Positions 49,161 through 58,597 of a stretch of 64,000 nucleotides of DNA are shown one piece after another. The notes under the pieces are model-generated. The model had not been told where the DNA came from. It did not search any database and saw only the letters and a list, made by a program, of their open reading frames with translations. Made by a program: the position numbers and the translations under genes. The stretch's first letter is position 1. Each line of letters starts with the position of its first letter. The DNA comes from Tissierellaceae bacterium. Lineage in GTDB: Bacteria > Bacillota > Clostridia > Tissierellales > Tissierellaceae. The stretch lies in contig JAHDQA010000011.1 in NCBI GenBank assembly GCA_018434075.1, positions 735-64,734 on the forward strand, in the 5' to 3' direction.

Positions 49161-50590
49161 AGTTTAACAGTAGAATAAATTTTGATTTCTAATGGTAGCA
49201 GATTTATATTTACAATTCCATTAGAAATTTTTATTTTGTCTTGACTGTCATATTCATATAATTTCTTTGAGCTTCCGCTAATTTTCAATTCAAAGTTCTT
49301 ATCTTTGTTATTTAAATTCATGACGATTATAATGCTGTCTTTGTCATTAATATACTGGTAAGCTATACAATCATCATCTGTTTCTAATAATATAAATTCT
49401 CCATTGGCTATGACATCATTTGTTCTTAATTTTGATAGCGATTTGAAATATTCTAGCTTAGGTGAATTTTCAGTTTTTTCCCATTCCATATCCGCTCTAT
49501 TCAATGGGTCCTCTTTTCCTTCCATGCCAATTTCAGTTCCATAATATATTACTGGAATTTCTGGGTATGTCATAATAAAAGTTAAAGCTTCTTTATAGTA
49601 CTCGTCTGCAAAATGCCTATGCTTTGATATGAATCTTGGGTTGTCGTGATTATCGATAAATATGGCATTATTTGGATTGTTTAGCACTTTCATATCTACT
49701 TTGATAGCATTTTTTAACTTGCTGGATTTTCCATATTCATTGAAAGTAGTAGTGATAGCTTTGTATAGTGGATAATTTGTAAAACCTGTGATCCCAGTAG
49801 ATTCATACTGTTCAATGTAATGAACATTTTCTGACCATACTTCTCCTAAAAAAAAGAAATCTGGGTATTTGTCAAGAATATTTGATGTAAATTTTGACCA
49901 AAATTCTTTTGGCACGTGTTTTACAGTATCTAATCTGAATCCATCTATTCCTGTTTCTTTTATCCACCATAGTGAGTTCTCTAAGAAGAAATCTACAACA
50001 TCGGGATTGTCAAAGTTTAAGTCAGGTAGTCCTAAAAGCCAACCATTTTCTACTTGTGTTTGATCATTCCAATTATAAATCTCTTGGTTTTCATTAAACC
50101 AATCTTTATAGTTAGGATCATTTAGCCATGGGGAGTCATAGCCTACATGGTTTACCACATAATCTAAAATAACTTTCATATCACGTTTATGAGCTTCATC
50201 AACTAGTAACTTTAAATCATCGATAGTCCCTAAGTGGGGATCAACTTTATAAAAGTCGTTAATCCAGTAGCCGTGATAACCGTCTTTTTCATTTTCCATT
50301 ACAGGAGTAAGCCATATAGCTGTAGTACCAAGAGATTTAATGTAATCCAATTTTTCAATTATACCCTTTAAATCTCCCCCATGCCTTTTTTTAAGATCAG
50401 TTTTATCTACATCATAATTATTTGTTGGATCTCCATCATAGAATCTGTCTGTCATTATGAAATAAATTAAATCATTTTTCGCAGTCTCTTTAGATGTTGA
50501 CATTGAAGCTTTTTCAGGAGATACACCATTTGTGCATCCTGATAATATCATTGTTATAACAGTTAATAAAATCATAAATTTCATTTTCAT
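49157..50590 (-). CDS. GH13 alpha-amylase-family lipoprotein
   Basis: Lipobox LSGC and GH13 regions DYVVNHVG, GFRLDTVKH, FFLGEVW and FIDNHD. Confidence 0.85.
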   Translation of the reverse strand: MKMKFMILLTVITMILSGCTNGVSPEKASMSTSKETAKNDLIYFIMTDRFYDGDPTNNYDVDKTDLKKRHGGDLKGIIEKLDYIKSLGTTAIWLTPVMENEKDGYHGYWINDFYKVDPHLGTIDDLKLLVDEAHKRDMKVILDYVVNHVGYDSPWLNDPNYKDWFNENQEIYNWNDQTQVENGWLLGLPDLNFDNPDVVDFFLENSLWWIKETGIDGFRLDTVKHVPKEFWSKFTSNILDKYPDFFFLGEVWSENVHYIEQYESTGITGFTNYPLYKAITTTFNEYGKSSKLKNAIKVDMKVLNNPNNAIFIDNHDNPRFISKHRHFADEYYKEALTFIMTYPEIPVIYYGTEIGMEGKEDPLNRADMEWEKTENSPKLEYFKSLSKLRTNDVIANGEFILLETDDDCIAYQYINDKDSIIIVMNLNNKDKNFELKISGSSKKLYEYDSQDKIKISNGIVNINLLPLEIKIYSTVKL

Positions 50591-50679
50591 AATAAATCCT
50601 CCAATTATAATATGTTGATATTATAACAAATTTGCTTATAATTAGAAAGTTCATTGATATTCAATAGGGTATAAATATT

Positions 50680-51153
50680 ATGGTGATATATATGGTAATT
50701 AATTATTTTGTTACAGCCTTCTTGAAATACAAAAATTCTTATCTTCTTCAAAAAAGAAATGCAGACAATCTTATTGGCGGAGGGTTATGGTATGGAGTGG
50801 GAGGTCATATCGAAAAAGAAGAGCTCTTTACCCCGGATATTGCAATTTTTAGAGAGATTAGAGAAGAAACTGGATTAAAAGGATCTGATATTGCTTTATT
50901 AAATTTAAAGTACATAGCTTTAAACTTAAACGATAGTCTATTTATAAATTATATTTATTTTGGAGAAATTACAACAAACCAAGTCATGCCAAACAATGAA
51001 GGGGATTTGCATTTTATCGATGAAGGAGAAGTACTAACAAAAGAATTTCACCCATTCATTAAAGATTGTTTAAGCCATGAATTATATAATAATGATGAAG
51101 GTATAGTGGCCGCTGTAACTAATGGATCTGAAACCAATTTTTTTAAATTGTGA
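50680..51153 (+). CDS. Nudix hydrolase
   Basis: Nudix box GGHIEKEELFTPDIAIFREIREETGL. The start is ambiguous (ATG 50680 or 50692). Confidence 0.75.
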   Translation: MVIYMVINYFVTAFLKYKNSYLLQKRNADNLIGGGLWYGVGGHIEKEELFTPDIAIFREIREETGLKGSDIALLNLKYIALNLNDSLFINYIYFGEITTNQVMPNNEGDLHFIDEGEVLTKEFHPFIKDCLSHELYNNDEGIVAAVTNGSETNFFKL

Positions 51154-51163
51154 GGTGAGATGA

Positions 51164-52589
51164 ATGGTTGAAGAAGTATTGGAGAAATATAAAGGAAATT
51201 GGACAAAATTTGTGATGGAAGGCATTTTAGAGGATGATGTCGATGATTATATCAAGAATTCTTGGATAAGGTGTTCTAAGAATTCACTTGACATAAATCT
51301 TGGTCAAGGTAAATTAATTTCTAAAGAACAATTAGAAAGAGAAAAAGAAAAAAACAAAGAGTTGATTGCAATAGCATTGCCTATCATGCAAAATTTAAAT
51401 GATTTGGTTATGGGGACGGGATTTGCTCTTGTATTAACTGATAAAAATGGCCTTATTTTAGAAGTGATAGGGGAAGAGAAAATTTTAAAAGAAACTAGAA
51501 ATTTAAATTTTGTTCCTGGAGCATTTTGGTCTGAAGAATACGTAGGAACAAATGCTATTGGCACAAGTATATATGAAAATAGACCAATTCAAGTAATAGG
51601 AGCCCAACACTATTGCAAGAGCCATCATGATTGGACATGTTCAGCAGCACCTATACATAATGCAGATGGTGATATAATTGGGTGTTTGGATATGTCTGGT
51701 CATTCAGATAAAGCACATAGCCATACTTTGGGTATAGTAGTAGCTGCAAGTTATTCAATAGAAAATCAATTGCTCCTTTATCAATCTCATGCGATGTTAA
51801 AGAGTTCTGTAGAAGCAGTTTCAGATGGCATTATGATAGTTACGGATGACTATAAAATAAAATTGGTGAATAAATCTGGAGAGAAAATGTTGGGCGTTGA
51901 TGCAAATACACTTTATGATGTTGACATAAGAGATATTTTGGGAACTAGAATATTTAAACATACTGAAGCATTTAAGGATAGAATAGAATGGGTTTTTATA
52001 ATTAATGATAAGAGATTTTACTGTCACAAGAATTGGTGGAAAATGGCCAAAGAAAATTGATGTTAGAATAATTGCTGCAACCAATAGAAATTTAATTGAT
52101 GAGGTAAGAAAGAAGAATTTTAGAGAGGACTTGTATTATAGGATTAATGTTTTTAGAGTGTATATTCCACCATTAAGAGATAGGACAGGAGATGTGTTTT
52201 TGTTAGCGCAACATTTTTTATCTAGATTAAATAAAACAAATGGAACATCTAAGTCTTTTTCAGAGGATTTTTTGAATAGATTAAATTTATATTCTTGGTA
52301 TGGAAATGTAAGAGAGCTTGAAAACACAATTGAGAGAGCATATTACTTATGCGAAGACAATGTAATAACATCCGAGTGTTTACCTAAAGATATTTTTTTT
52401 AAAGAAACAGTTGTAGATGAAGATTCAGATGTTTTTACAATTACCGATGGAGAGAAATTGGCAATTAAAAAAACCTTAACTAAGACACGAGGAGATGTCC
52501 TAGCAGCTTGTGAATTGTTGGGAATGAGCAAATCGACTATTTATAGGAAACTAAAATGTTACAATATAAATCCAAAAGAATTCAGGTAG
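51164..52589 (+). pseudogene. acoR: Sigma-54-dependent activator of acetoin catabolism (AcoR type), disrupted by an internal deletion plus frameshift
   Basis: ORF 51164..52060 encodes the GAF-like and PAS regions. ORF 52005..52589, in another frame, starts inside the AAA+ domain (RIGG...VRIIAATNRNL, FREDLYYRINVF, PPLRDR) and ends with a Fis-type HTH. Neither piece has a Walker A, GAFTGA or Walker B motif. Confidence 0.75.
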
Positions 52590-52601
52590 AATTATTATTT
52601 G

Positions 52602-52647
52602 AATTCCCATTTATGATACTTTTATTTTCATAAGTGGGAATTTTTTT
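52602..52647 (+). terminator. Rho-independent terminator after acoR
   Basis: 15-bp stem AATTCCCATTTATGA/TCATAAGTGGGAATT (one G-U pair) followed by a T7 run. Confidence 0.8.
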
Positions 52648-52699
52648 ATGCTCATTTGGTTTGCACAAGAAATTCAAGGCTTTAAATATATAAATCGTT

Positions 52700-52715
52700 T
52701 GGCATGATAATTGCA
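52700..52715 (+). promoter_or_regulatory. Sigma-54 (-24/-12) promoter
   Basis: TGGCATGATAATTGCA matches TGGCAC-N5-TTGCW with correct GG-to-GC spacing. It lies about 40 nt upstream of the Lin0512-like gene. Confidence 0.75.
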
Positions 52716-52755
52716 TTAATAATGATTGAAATGAAATTTGAAAGGTGGTGGACTA

Positions 52756-53052
52756 ATGAAAAGATTCATAGTTGAATTTGGCATGGGCTGTGATTTTCAC
52801 GGCCAGGATGTCACTAATGCAGCTAAAAAAGCTGTAAAAGATGCTGTTTCACATTCTTGCTTGTGTGGATTAACTGAAATTTTGAACATAAGAGATTTAG
52901 ATAATGGCATAAAAGTAAAGGCAACTGTTGCGGTTAGCAGACCTGAGGAAGTAGATATAGATAAAGTAAAAGAGAGTTTGTCAGTTGGGGAAAAGGAGGA
53001 TCTATGCATATTGCAGATGCAACAAGAGGGATTCTTGGTGCAAACGGAATAG
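52756..53052 (+). pseudogene. Lin0512-family protein gene, 3' end apparently lost and running into acoA sequence out of frame
   Basis: The N-terminus MKRFIVEFGMGCDFHGQDVTNAAKKAVKDAV fits the Lin0512 family pattern. From about nt 52990 the reading frame overlaps acoA-derived sequence. ATG at 52756 follows AAAGGTGGTG. Confidence 0.5.
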
Positions 53053-53690
53053 TTGGCGCAGGACAAAATATTGCTACAGGCGCTGGATTAAGTGCAAAAT
53101 TAAGAGGCACAGATCAAGTGTGTGCATGTTTTTTCGGAGATGGCTCTACTAACCAAGGAACTTTTCATGAATCGTTAAACCTAGCAAGCATTTGGCGACT
53201 CCCTGTAATATTTGTTTGCGAAAATAATCTATACGGAATTTCCATGCATCAATCTAGACATCAAGCAATTCAAGACATTGCAGATAGAGCTGTGGCATAC
53301 AATATACCAGGTGTTGTTGTTGACGGAAATGATGTATTCGCTGTCTATGAGGCAGCAAAGGAAGCTATTGAAAGAGCTAGAAATGGGCAAGGCCCAAGTT
53401 TAATAGAATGCAAAACTTACAGACATCATGGCCACTTTGAAGGCGATCCAGCTAAATACAAACCAGCAGAAGAAGTAGCTGAATGGATGAGCAAAGACCC
53501 TATTCCAAGGTTGATAAATTACATGATTGATAATAACATTTTGAGCAAAGAAGAATTTAATGATATAGATAGCCAAATAAATGATGAAATAAAAGAAGCA
53601 ATTAAATTTGCTGAGGAGAGTCCATGGCCTCCAATAGAGTCTGTTGTAGAAGACATCTATACTGATATAGTAGAGGAGGTAAAAAAATGA
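53004..53690 (+). pseudogene. acoA: Acetoin dehydrogenase E1 alpha subunit, 5'-truncated (about 100 N-terminal codons missing)
   Basis: Homology starts abruptly at GKGGSMHIAD. An in-frame stop lies at 52962-52964 and nothing AcoA-like lies upstream. The TPP motif GDGSTNQG...ENNLYG is retained. The ATG at 53004 is preceded by AAGGAGGA. Confidence 0.7.
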
Positions 53691-54658
53691 AAAATCTAAG
53701 CATGATGGAAGCAATTAGAGAAGCAATGACTAAAAAGATGAGAGAAGATCCAACAGTATTTATAATGGGCGAAGATGTTGGCGCATTTGGAGGATGCTTT
53801 GGAGTAACTGCGGGAATGTTTGATGAATTCGGAGCAGAGAGGGTTAGAGACACACCTATATCAGAAGGGGTAATAATTGGATGTGCTGTTGGTGCTGCAG
53901 CGACTGGAACAAGACCTATTGCAGAATTGATGTTTATAGATTTTGTCACAGTTGGAGCAGATCAATTAGTAAATCAGGCTGCAAAAATGAGATATATGGT
54001 TGGTGGCAAGATAAAACTTCCAATGGTCGTCAGACTCCCACTTGGGGCTGGAACTAGAGCTGCCGCTCAGCACTCTCAATCATTAGAAGCTTGGTTGGCT
54101 CATATACCTGGGTTAAAAGTTGTTTATCCAAGTTGTCCAAATGACGCATATGGACTAATGCTTAAGGCCATTGAAGATGATAACCCAGTTGTATTCCTTG
54201 AACACAAGATTTTATACGGTGTAAGAGGAGAAGTTGATGAAAACGCTAAACCAATCGAGTTCGGCAAGGCAGACATTAAAAGAGAAGGAAAAGATTTGAC
54301 AGTTGCAGCTACTGGAAGAATGGTACATGAAGCTTTGAAAACTGCTGAAGAACTTTCCAAAGATGGCATAGAAATAGAGGTCTTTGATCCTAGAACTTTA
54401 TTCCCATTTGACAAGGAAACTCTATTTAAATCAATCGAAAAGACAAACAAATTGCTCATTGTTTCAGAGGAGAATAAACGAGGTAGCTTTGCTGGAGAAA
54501 TTTCTGCAATGGTCGCTGAAGAGTGCTTTGATAATTTAGATGCACCTATTAAAAGATTATGCGCTGTAAATTCTCCTGTTCCATTTTCGCCAGTACTTGA
54601 AGATTATTATGTTCCTAATGCGGAAGATATAGTAAAAGCAGTTACAACTATGTTCTAA
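53687..54658 (+). CDS. acoB: Acetoin dehydrogenase E1 beta subunit
   Basis: 323 aa with transketolase-like pyrimidine-binding and C-terminal domains. ATGA overlap with acoA. Confidence 0.9.
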   Translation: MKNLSMMEAIREAMTKKMREDPTVFIMGEDVGAFGGCFGVTAGMFDEFGAERVRDTPISEGVIIGCAVGAAATGTRPIAELMFIDFVTVGADQLVNQAAKMRYMVGGKIKLPMVVRLPLGAGTRAAAQHSQSLEAWLAHIPGLKVVYPSCPNDAYGLMLKAIEDDNPVVFLEHKILYGVRGEVDENAKPIEFGKADIKREGKDLTVAATGRMVHEALKTAEELSKDGIEIEVFDPRTLFPFDKETLFKSIEKTNKLLIVSEENKRGSFAGEISAMVAEECFDNLDAPIKRLCAVNSPVPFSPVLEDYYVPNAEDIVKAVTTMF

Positions 54659-54659
54659 G

Positions 54660-54682
54660 AGAGGCAACTTTAAGTTGCCTCT
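54660..54682 (+). other. Intra-operon stem-loop between acoB and acoX
   Basis: 9-bp stem AGAGGCAAC/GTTGCCTCT with loop TTTAA and no T-run. Confidence 0.5.
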
Positions 54683-54698
54683 TAAAAGAGGTGATAAC

Positions 54699-55697
54699 AT
54701 GAAGTCCATTGGAATTATAGCAAATCCAGCATCAGGCAAAGATATAAGAAGGCTTGTATCTCATGCAACTGTTGTTGATAATAATGAGAAGATAAATATA
54801 GTAAAGAGAATTATTCTGGCTTCACAAGGCACAGGAGTGGAGAAAATCTACATTATGCCTGATACTTTTTTAATTGGGCATAAAGCCATAGAAGATTTGA
54901 AATTATCGAAAGAACTTAAAGTGCCGGTAGAAATATTGGATATGAAAGTACAAGGAAACTTAAAAGACACTATTATAGCAGCTGAGTTGATGGAAGAATT
55001 AGATGTTGGCGTAATTGTAGTTCTTGGTGGAGATGGAACGTTAAGAGCTGTTGCTAAAGGGAATTCATCTATTCCAATCATTGGGATATCCACTGGTACA
55101 AACAATGTATACCCGAGGATGATAGAAGGGACAGTTGCAGGTATGGCTGCTTCTGCTATTGCAATGAATATGTGCGATAAAGATAGAACATGTATAAGAG
55201 ACAAGAGAATAGAGATTTTTAAAAAATCAAAACTCGTGGATATAGCTTTAGTGGATTGTGTTATATCAAAACAGACATATGTCGGTTCTAGAGCAATATG
55301 GAATGAAGAGGATATAGTGAAAGTTATCGTTTCTAATGCTCATCCTGCTGCAATTGGTTTTTCAACAATAGTAGGAGTTAAAAAGATAATTACAGATAAA
55401 GATGATTTCGGTGCCAGCATTAATTTAAATGTAGGAAACAACTACTATCTCGCGCCAATTGCCGCTGGAACTATGAAAACTATTAGAATTGATGAACCTG
55501 TGATCCATAAAATAGATGAAAGCTTTAGGATTGAATTTAATTTCAATGGAATAATGGCTTTGGATGGGGAACGAGAATTGCCTTTTAAAAGCGGGGATGC
55601 TTATGAATTTAAAATTACCAAAAATGGGCCATTGAGAGTTGATGTTAGAAAGACAATCGAGTCAGCGCAAGAAAAGGGATTTTTCATTTGTAAATAG
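54699..55697 (+). CDS. acoX: NAD-kinase-like protein of acetoin operons (AcoX type)
   Basis: GGDGTLR motif and N-terminus MKSIGIIANPASGKD. ATG at 54699 follows AAGAGGTG. Confidence 0.7.
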   Translation: MKSIGIIANPASGKDIRRLVSHATVVDNNEKINIVKRIILASQGTGVEKIYIMPDTFLIGHKAIEDLKLSKELKVPVEILDMKVQGNLKDTIIAAELMEELDVGVIVVLGGDGTLRAVAKGNSSIPIIGISTGTNNVYPRMIEGTVAGMAASAIAMNMCDKDRTCIRDKRIEIFKKSKLVDIALVDCVISKQTYVGSRAIWNEEDIVKVIVSNAHPAAIGFSTIVGVKKIITDKDDFGASINLNVGNNYYLAPIAAGTMKTIRIDEPVIHKIDESFRIEFNFNGIMALDGERELPFKSGDAYEFKITKNGPLRVDVRKTIESAQEKGFFICK

Positions 55698-55709
55698 AGG
55701 GGGATTGTT

Positions 55710-57008
55710 ATGGCTAGAATTATAGTAATGCCAAAGCTTGGCTTGACAATGAAAAATGGGAAAATAATTAAGTGGCATAAGAAAGAAAATGAAGAGGTAA
55801 AAAATGGTGATAAACTTTTCAGCATAGAGACAGATAAATTGACTAATGACGTTATAGCTGATGAAGATGGTGTATTGCTTAAAATTATAGAGGATGAAGG
55901 CAAAACGGTAGACTGTCTAAAACCCGTAGCCATCATCGGAAAAGCAGGTGAAGATATTTCTAACTTACTTGGTAATGCTAAAACGGAATCACCTCAAGAA
56001 GAAAAAAGCAATGAAAAAATAGAAAAACCAGTTGAAGCAACAGCTAAAACTGATGAAAAGATAAAGATATCACCAGTGGCAAAGAAAATGGCGTTAGAAA
56101 ATAAGATTGATTACACAAAGATTAAAGGGACGGGACCAAATGGAAGGATAGTATTAGAAGATATAGAAAGAGAATTAGAGAATAGAAAAAAGATTAGAAT
56201 GACCCCTACAGCGAAGGTAGTTGCTGAAGAACTTGGTTTAGATGCTGGTAGCATAGATAAAAAAGAAAGAATTGACAAAGAAGATGTCTTAAGATTGAGC
56301 GCAAACAAAGCTTATGATAATTTGGTACATCCTGTTGAGAAGAGAATTCCAATGAGCACAATGAGAAAAGTTATATCCGAGAGAATGACACAGAGCGCTT
56401 TTACGGCTCCAACAGTAAACTACACAATTTCTGTAGATATGACAAAATTGAATGATATAAAAGAAGAAATATCCAATGACTATAAAATCACTTACACAGA
56501 TTTGATTGTAAAAATAACATCAGTTCTGTTGTTGGACTTTCCGCTTTTAAATAGCACCCTTATTGAAGATGAGATAATAACTCGAAACTATGTAAACATG
56601 GGGGTTGCAGTAGCACTGGAAGAAGGGCTGTTGGTTCCAGTTGTAAAAAATAGTCACATCAAATCTTTAAAGCAAATTTCATTAGAGATTAAAGACCTCA
56701 CATATAGAGCCAAAACAAACCAGTTAACAACAGATGAATTAGAAAATGGCACATTTACAATAACAAATATTGGGAAATTCGGCATAGAGAGCTTTACCCC
56801 AATAATCAATCAACCTCAATCTGCTATTCTCGGCATAAATGCTATAATTGATAAACCAATAGTAAAGAATGGGCAAATCATAGTATTGCCAATCATGAAT
56901 CTATCTTTAACGGCAGACCATAGAACAGTTGATGGGGCAGTTGCTGCGATGTTTTTACAAGAGTTGAAGAAAGCACTTGAAAATCCATTTGCCAAGTTAG
57001 TGAGGTGA
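55710..57008 (+). CDS. acoC: Dihydrolipoamide acetyltransferase (E2)
   Basis: Lipoyl motif IETDKLTNDV, a subunit-binding domain and the catalytic motif DHRTVDG. Confidence 0.9.
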   Translation: MARIIVMPKLGLTMKNGKIIKWHKKENEEVKNGDKLFSIETDKLTNDVIADEDGVLLKIIEDEGKTVDCLKPVAIIGKAGEDISNLLGNAKTESPQEEKSNEKIEKPVEATAKTDEKIKISPVAKKMALENKIDYTKIKGTGPNGRIVLEDIERELENRKKIRMTPTAKVVAEELGLDAGSIDKKERIDKEDVLRLSANKAYDNLVHPVEKRIPMSTMRKVISERMTQSAFTAPTVNYTISVDMTKLNDIKEEISNDYKITYTDLIVKITSVLLLDFPLLNSTLIEDEIITRNYVNMGVAVALEEGLLVPVVKNSHIKSLKQISLEIKDLTYRAKTNQLTTDELENGTFTITNIGKFGIESFTPIINQPQSAILGINAIIDKPIVKNGQIIVLPIMNLSLTADHRTVDGAVAAMFLQELKKALENPFAKLVR

Positions 57009-57012
57009 TTAG

Positions 57013-58398
57013 ATGAGAGTGGGAGTGTTAGGATCTGGACCTGGGGGATATGTTTGTGCTATTAGATTGGCACAATTAGGAGCTGAAGTTACAGTTATTG
57101 AAGATAAAGATATAGGAGGAGTGTGTTTAAATAAAGGATGTATACCTACAAAAGTTCTACTCCATTCGACTGAAATATACGATCTATTAATTAAAGATAG
57201 TTTATCATTGGGGTTAAAAATCGACAATATTAAACTTGATTTTGAGTTGTTAAATGCTAGAAAGGATTTAGTTGTAAATCAACTTGTTGAAGGTGTAAAA
57301 ACTTTATTTAACAAAAACTATGTTGAATTAGTCAATGGGAGAGGAAAACTTATCAATAACCGCGAAATAGAGATTACAACACCACAAGGGTTAAAAATCA
57401 TGGAATTTGATAAGATTGTCATAGCAACTGGTTCAAGGCCAATGCTTATACCTATTGAAGGCAATAGATTAGATGGTGTACTGACTAGCGATGACTTGTT
57501 GAAAATAGATTATATACCTGATAGCATGCTGATTGTAGGAGGAGGCGTTATAGGAGTAGAATTCGCCAATATTTATTCTAACTTTGGAACGAAAGTTACA
57601 ATTGTAGAGATGTTGCCAAGCCTAATAGCGAATATGGACTATGAAATTGTATCTTATCTTGAAGAAAACTTGATAGACAAAAATGTAGACATATACAAAA
57701 ATGCAAAAGTGGTAAATATTTCAAAAAACGGGAAAGGGCTAAGGACTGAAATAATAACAGAGGATAGACAGACTTATATTAGTTCCGATGTTGTACTGAT
57801 GGCAACAGGCAGGCGTCCAAATATTGAAGATATAGGCCTAGAGCAATCAGGTGTAAAGTTCAACAAGAAAGGCATTGAAACAGATGAACTATTTAAAACC
57901 AACATTGACAACATTTATGCTATTGGAGATTGTACAGATGGCATACAATTAGCACATCAGGCTTCTAGTGCTGGAATTGTAGTTGCTGATACAATTTGTG
58001 GTGGAAATTTTCATATTGATTTTAATACTATACCATTTTGCGTTTATACTAAACCTGAACTGGCAGGTGTAGGAATTACAGAACAAGATGCCAAAAAAAA
58101 TAAAATAGATTATAAAGTTGGCAAATTCCCGTTGTATGGAAATAGCAAAGCTGTAATTGCGGGAGATGTTTCGGGAATCGTAAAGATAATCATAGATTCT
58201 AATACAAAAGAAGTATTAGGGATGCACATCGCTGGTTTAAATGCAACAGAGCTAATAGAAATCGGCGGATTAGCAATAAGGCTTGAAGCAACTGCAAATG
58301 AGCTTGTAAGTATGATATTTGCTCATCCAACGGTAAGTGAATCTATACATGAAGCGAGTATGGATGTAATAGATAAAGCGATACACAATGTATATTAA
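57013..58398 (+). CDS. acoL: Dihydrolipoyl dehydrogenase (E3)
   Basis: Redox-disulfide motif GGVCLNKGCIPTK plus FAD/NAD folds. Confidence 0.9.
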   Translation: MRVGVLGSGPGGYVCAIRLAQLGAEVTVIEDKDIGGVCLNKGCIPTKVLLHSTEIYDLLIKDSLSLGLKIDNIKLDFELLNARKDLVVNQLVEGVKTLFNKNYVELVNGRGKLINNREIEITTPQGLKIMEFDKIVIATGSRPMLIPIEGNRLDGVLTSDDLLKIDYIPDSMLIVGGGVIGVEFANIYSNFGTKVTIVEMLPSLIANMDYEIVSYLEENLIDKNVDIYKNAKVVNISKNGKGLRTEIITEDRQTYISSDVVLMATGRRPNIEDIGLEQSGVKFNKKGIETDELFKTNIDNIYAIGDCTDGIQLAHQASSAGIVVADTICGGNFHIDFNTIPFCVYTKPELAGVGITEQDAKKNKIDYKVGKFPLYGNSKAVIAGDVSGIVKIIIDSNTKEVLGMHIAGLNATELIEIGGLAIRLEATANELVSMIFAHPTVSESIHEASMDVIDKAIHNVY

Positions 58399-58427
58399 AG
58401 TGAGTGGCTAAAACCATTCACTTTTTT
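58398..58427 (+). terminator. Terminator of the aco operon
   Basis: Stem AAGTGAGTGG/CCATTCACTT (one G-U pair) with a 6-nt loop and a T6 run. Confidence 0.7.
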
Positions 58428-58490
58428 CGTTAAACTTTTTTTAATCTGGGTATATTAAAAATCGATGGGTAAAATCTTTTGTAAAATATT

Positions 58491-58519
58491 GTGACAAATG
58501 ATTGATTTTATGCTATAAT
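58491..58519 (+). promoter_or_regulatory. Putative ppdK promoter
   Basis: GTGACA, 17-nt spacer, extended -10 TGCTATAAT. Confidence 0.5.
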
Positions 58520-58597
58520 TATTCATGCGTTTTAATTTAATGAGTTAGTTAAATACATTAAAATACAAGTTCTAATGAGAAAGCAAGGAGGGTTCAA

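Noticed and set aside
50605-50626. Palindrome TTATAATAT-GTTG-ATATTATAA between the amylase and Nudix genes. Its half-sites equal PerR-box half-sites.
   Set aside because: The half-sites are separated by 8 nt instead of 1. The sequence is also explained as two back-to-back TATAAT -10 boxes of divergent promoters. Such AT-only palindromes arise easily in this composition.
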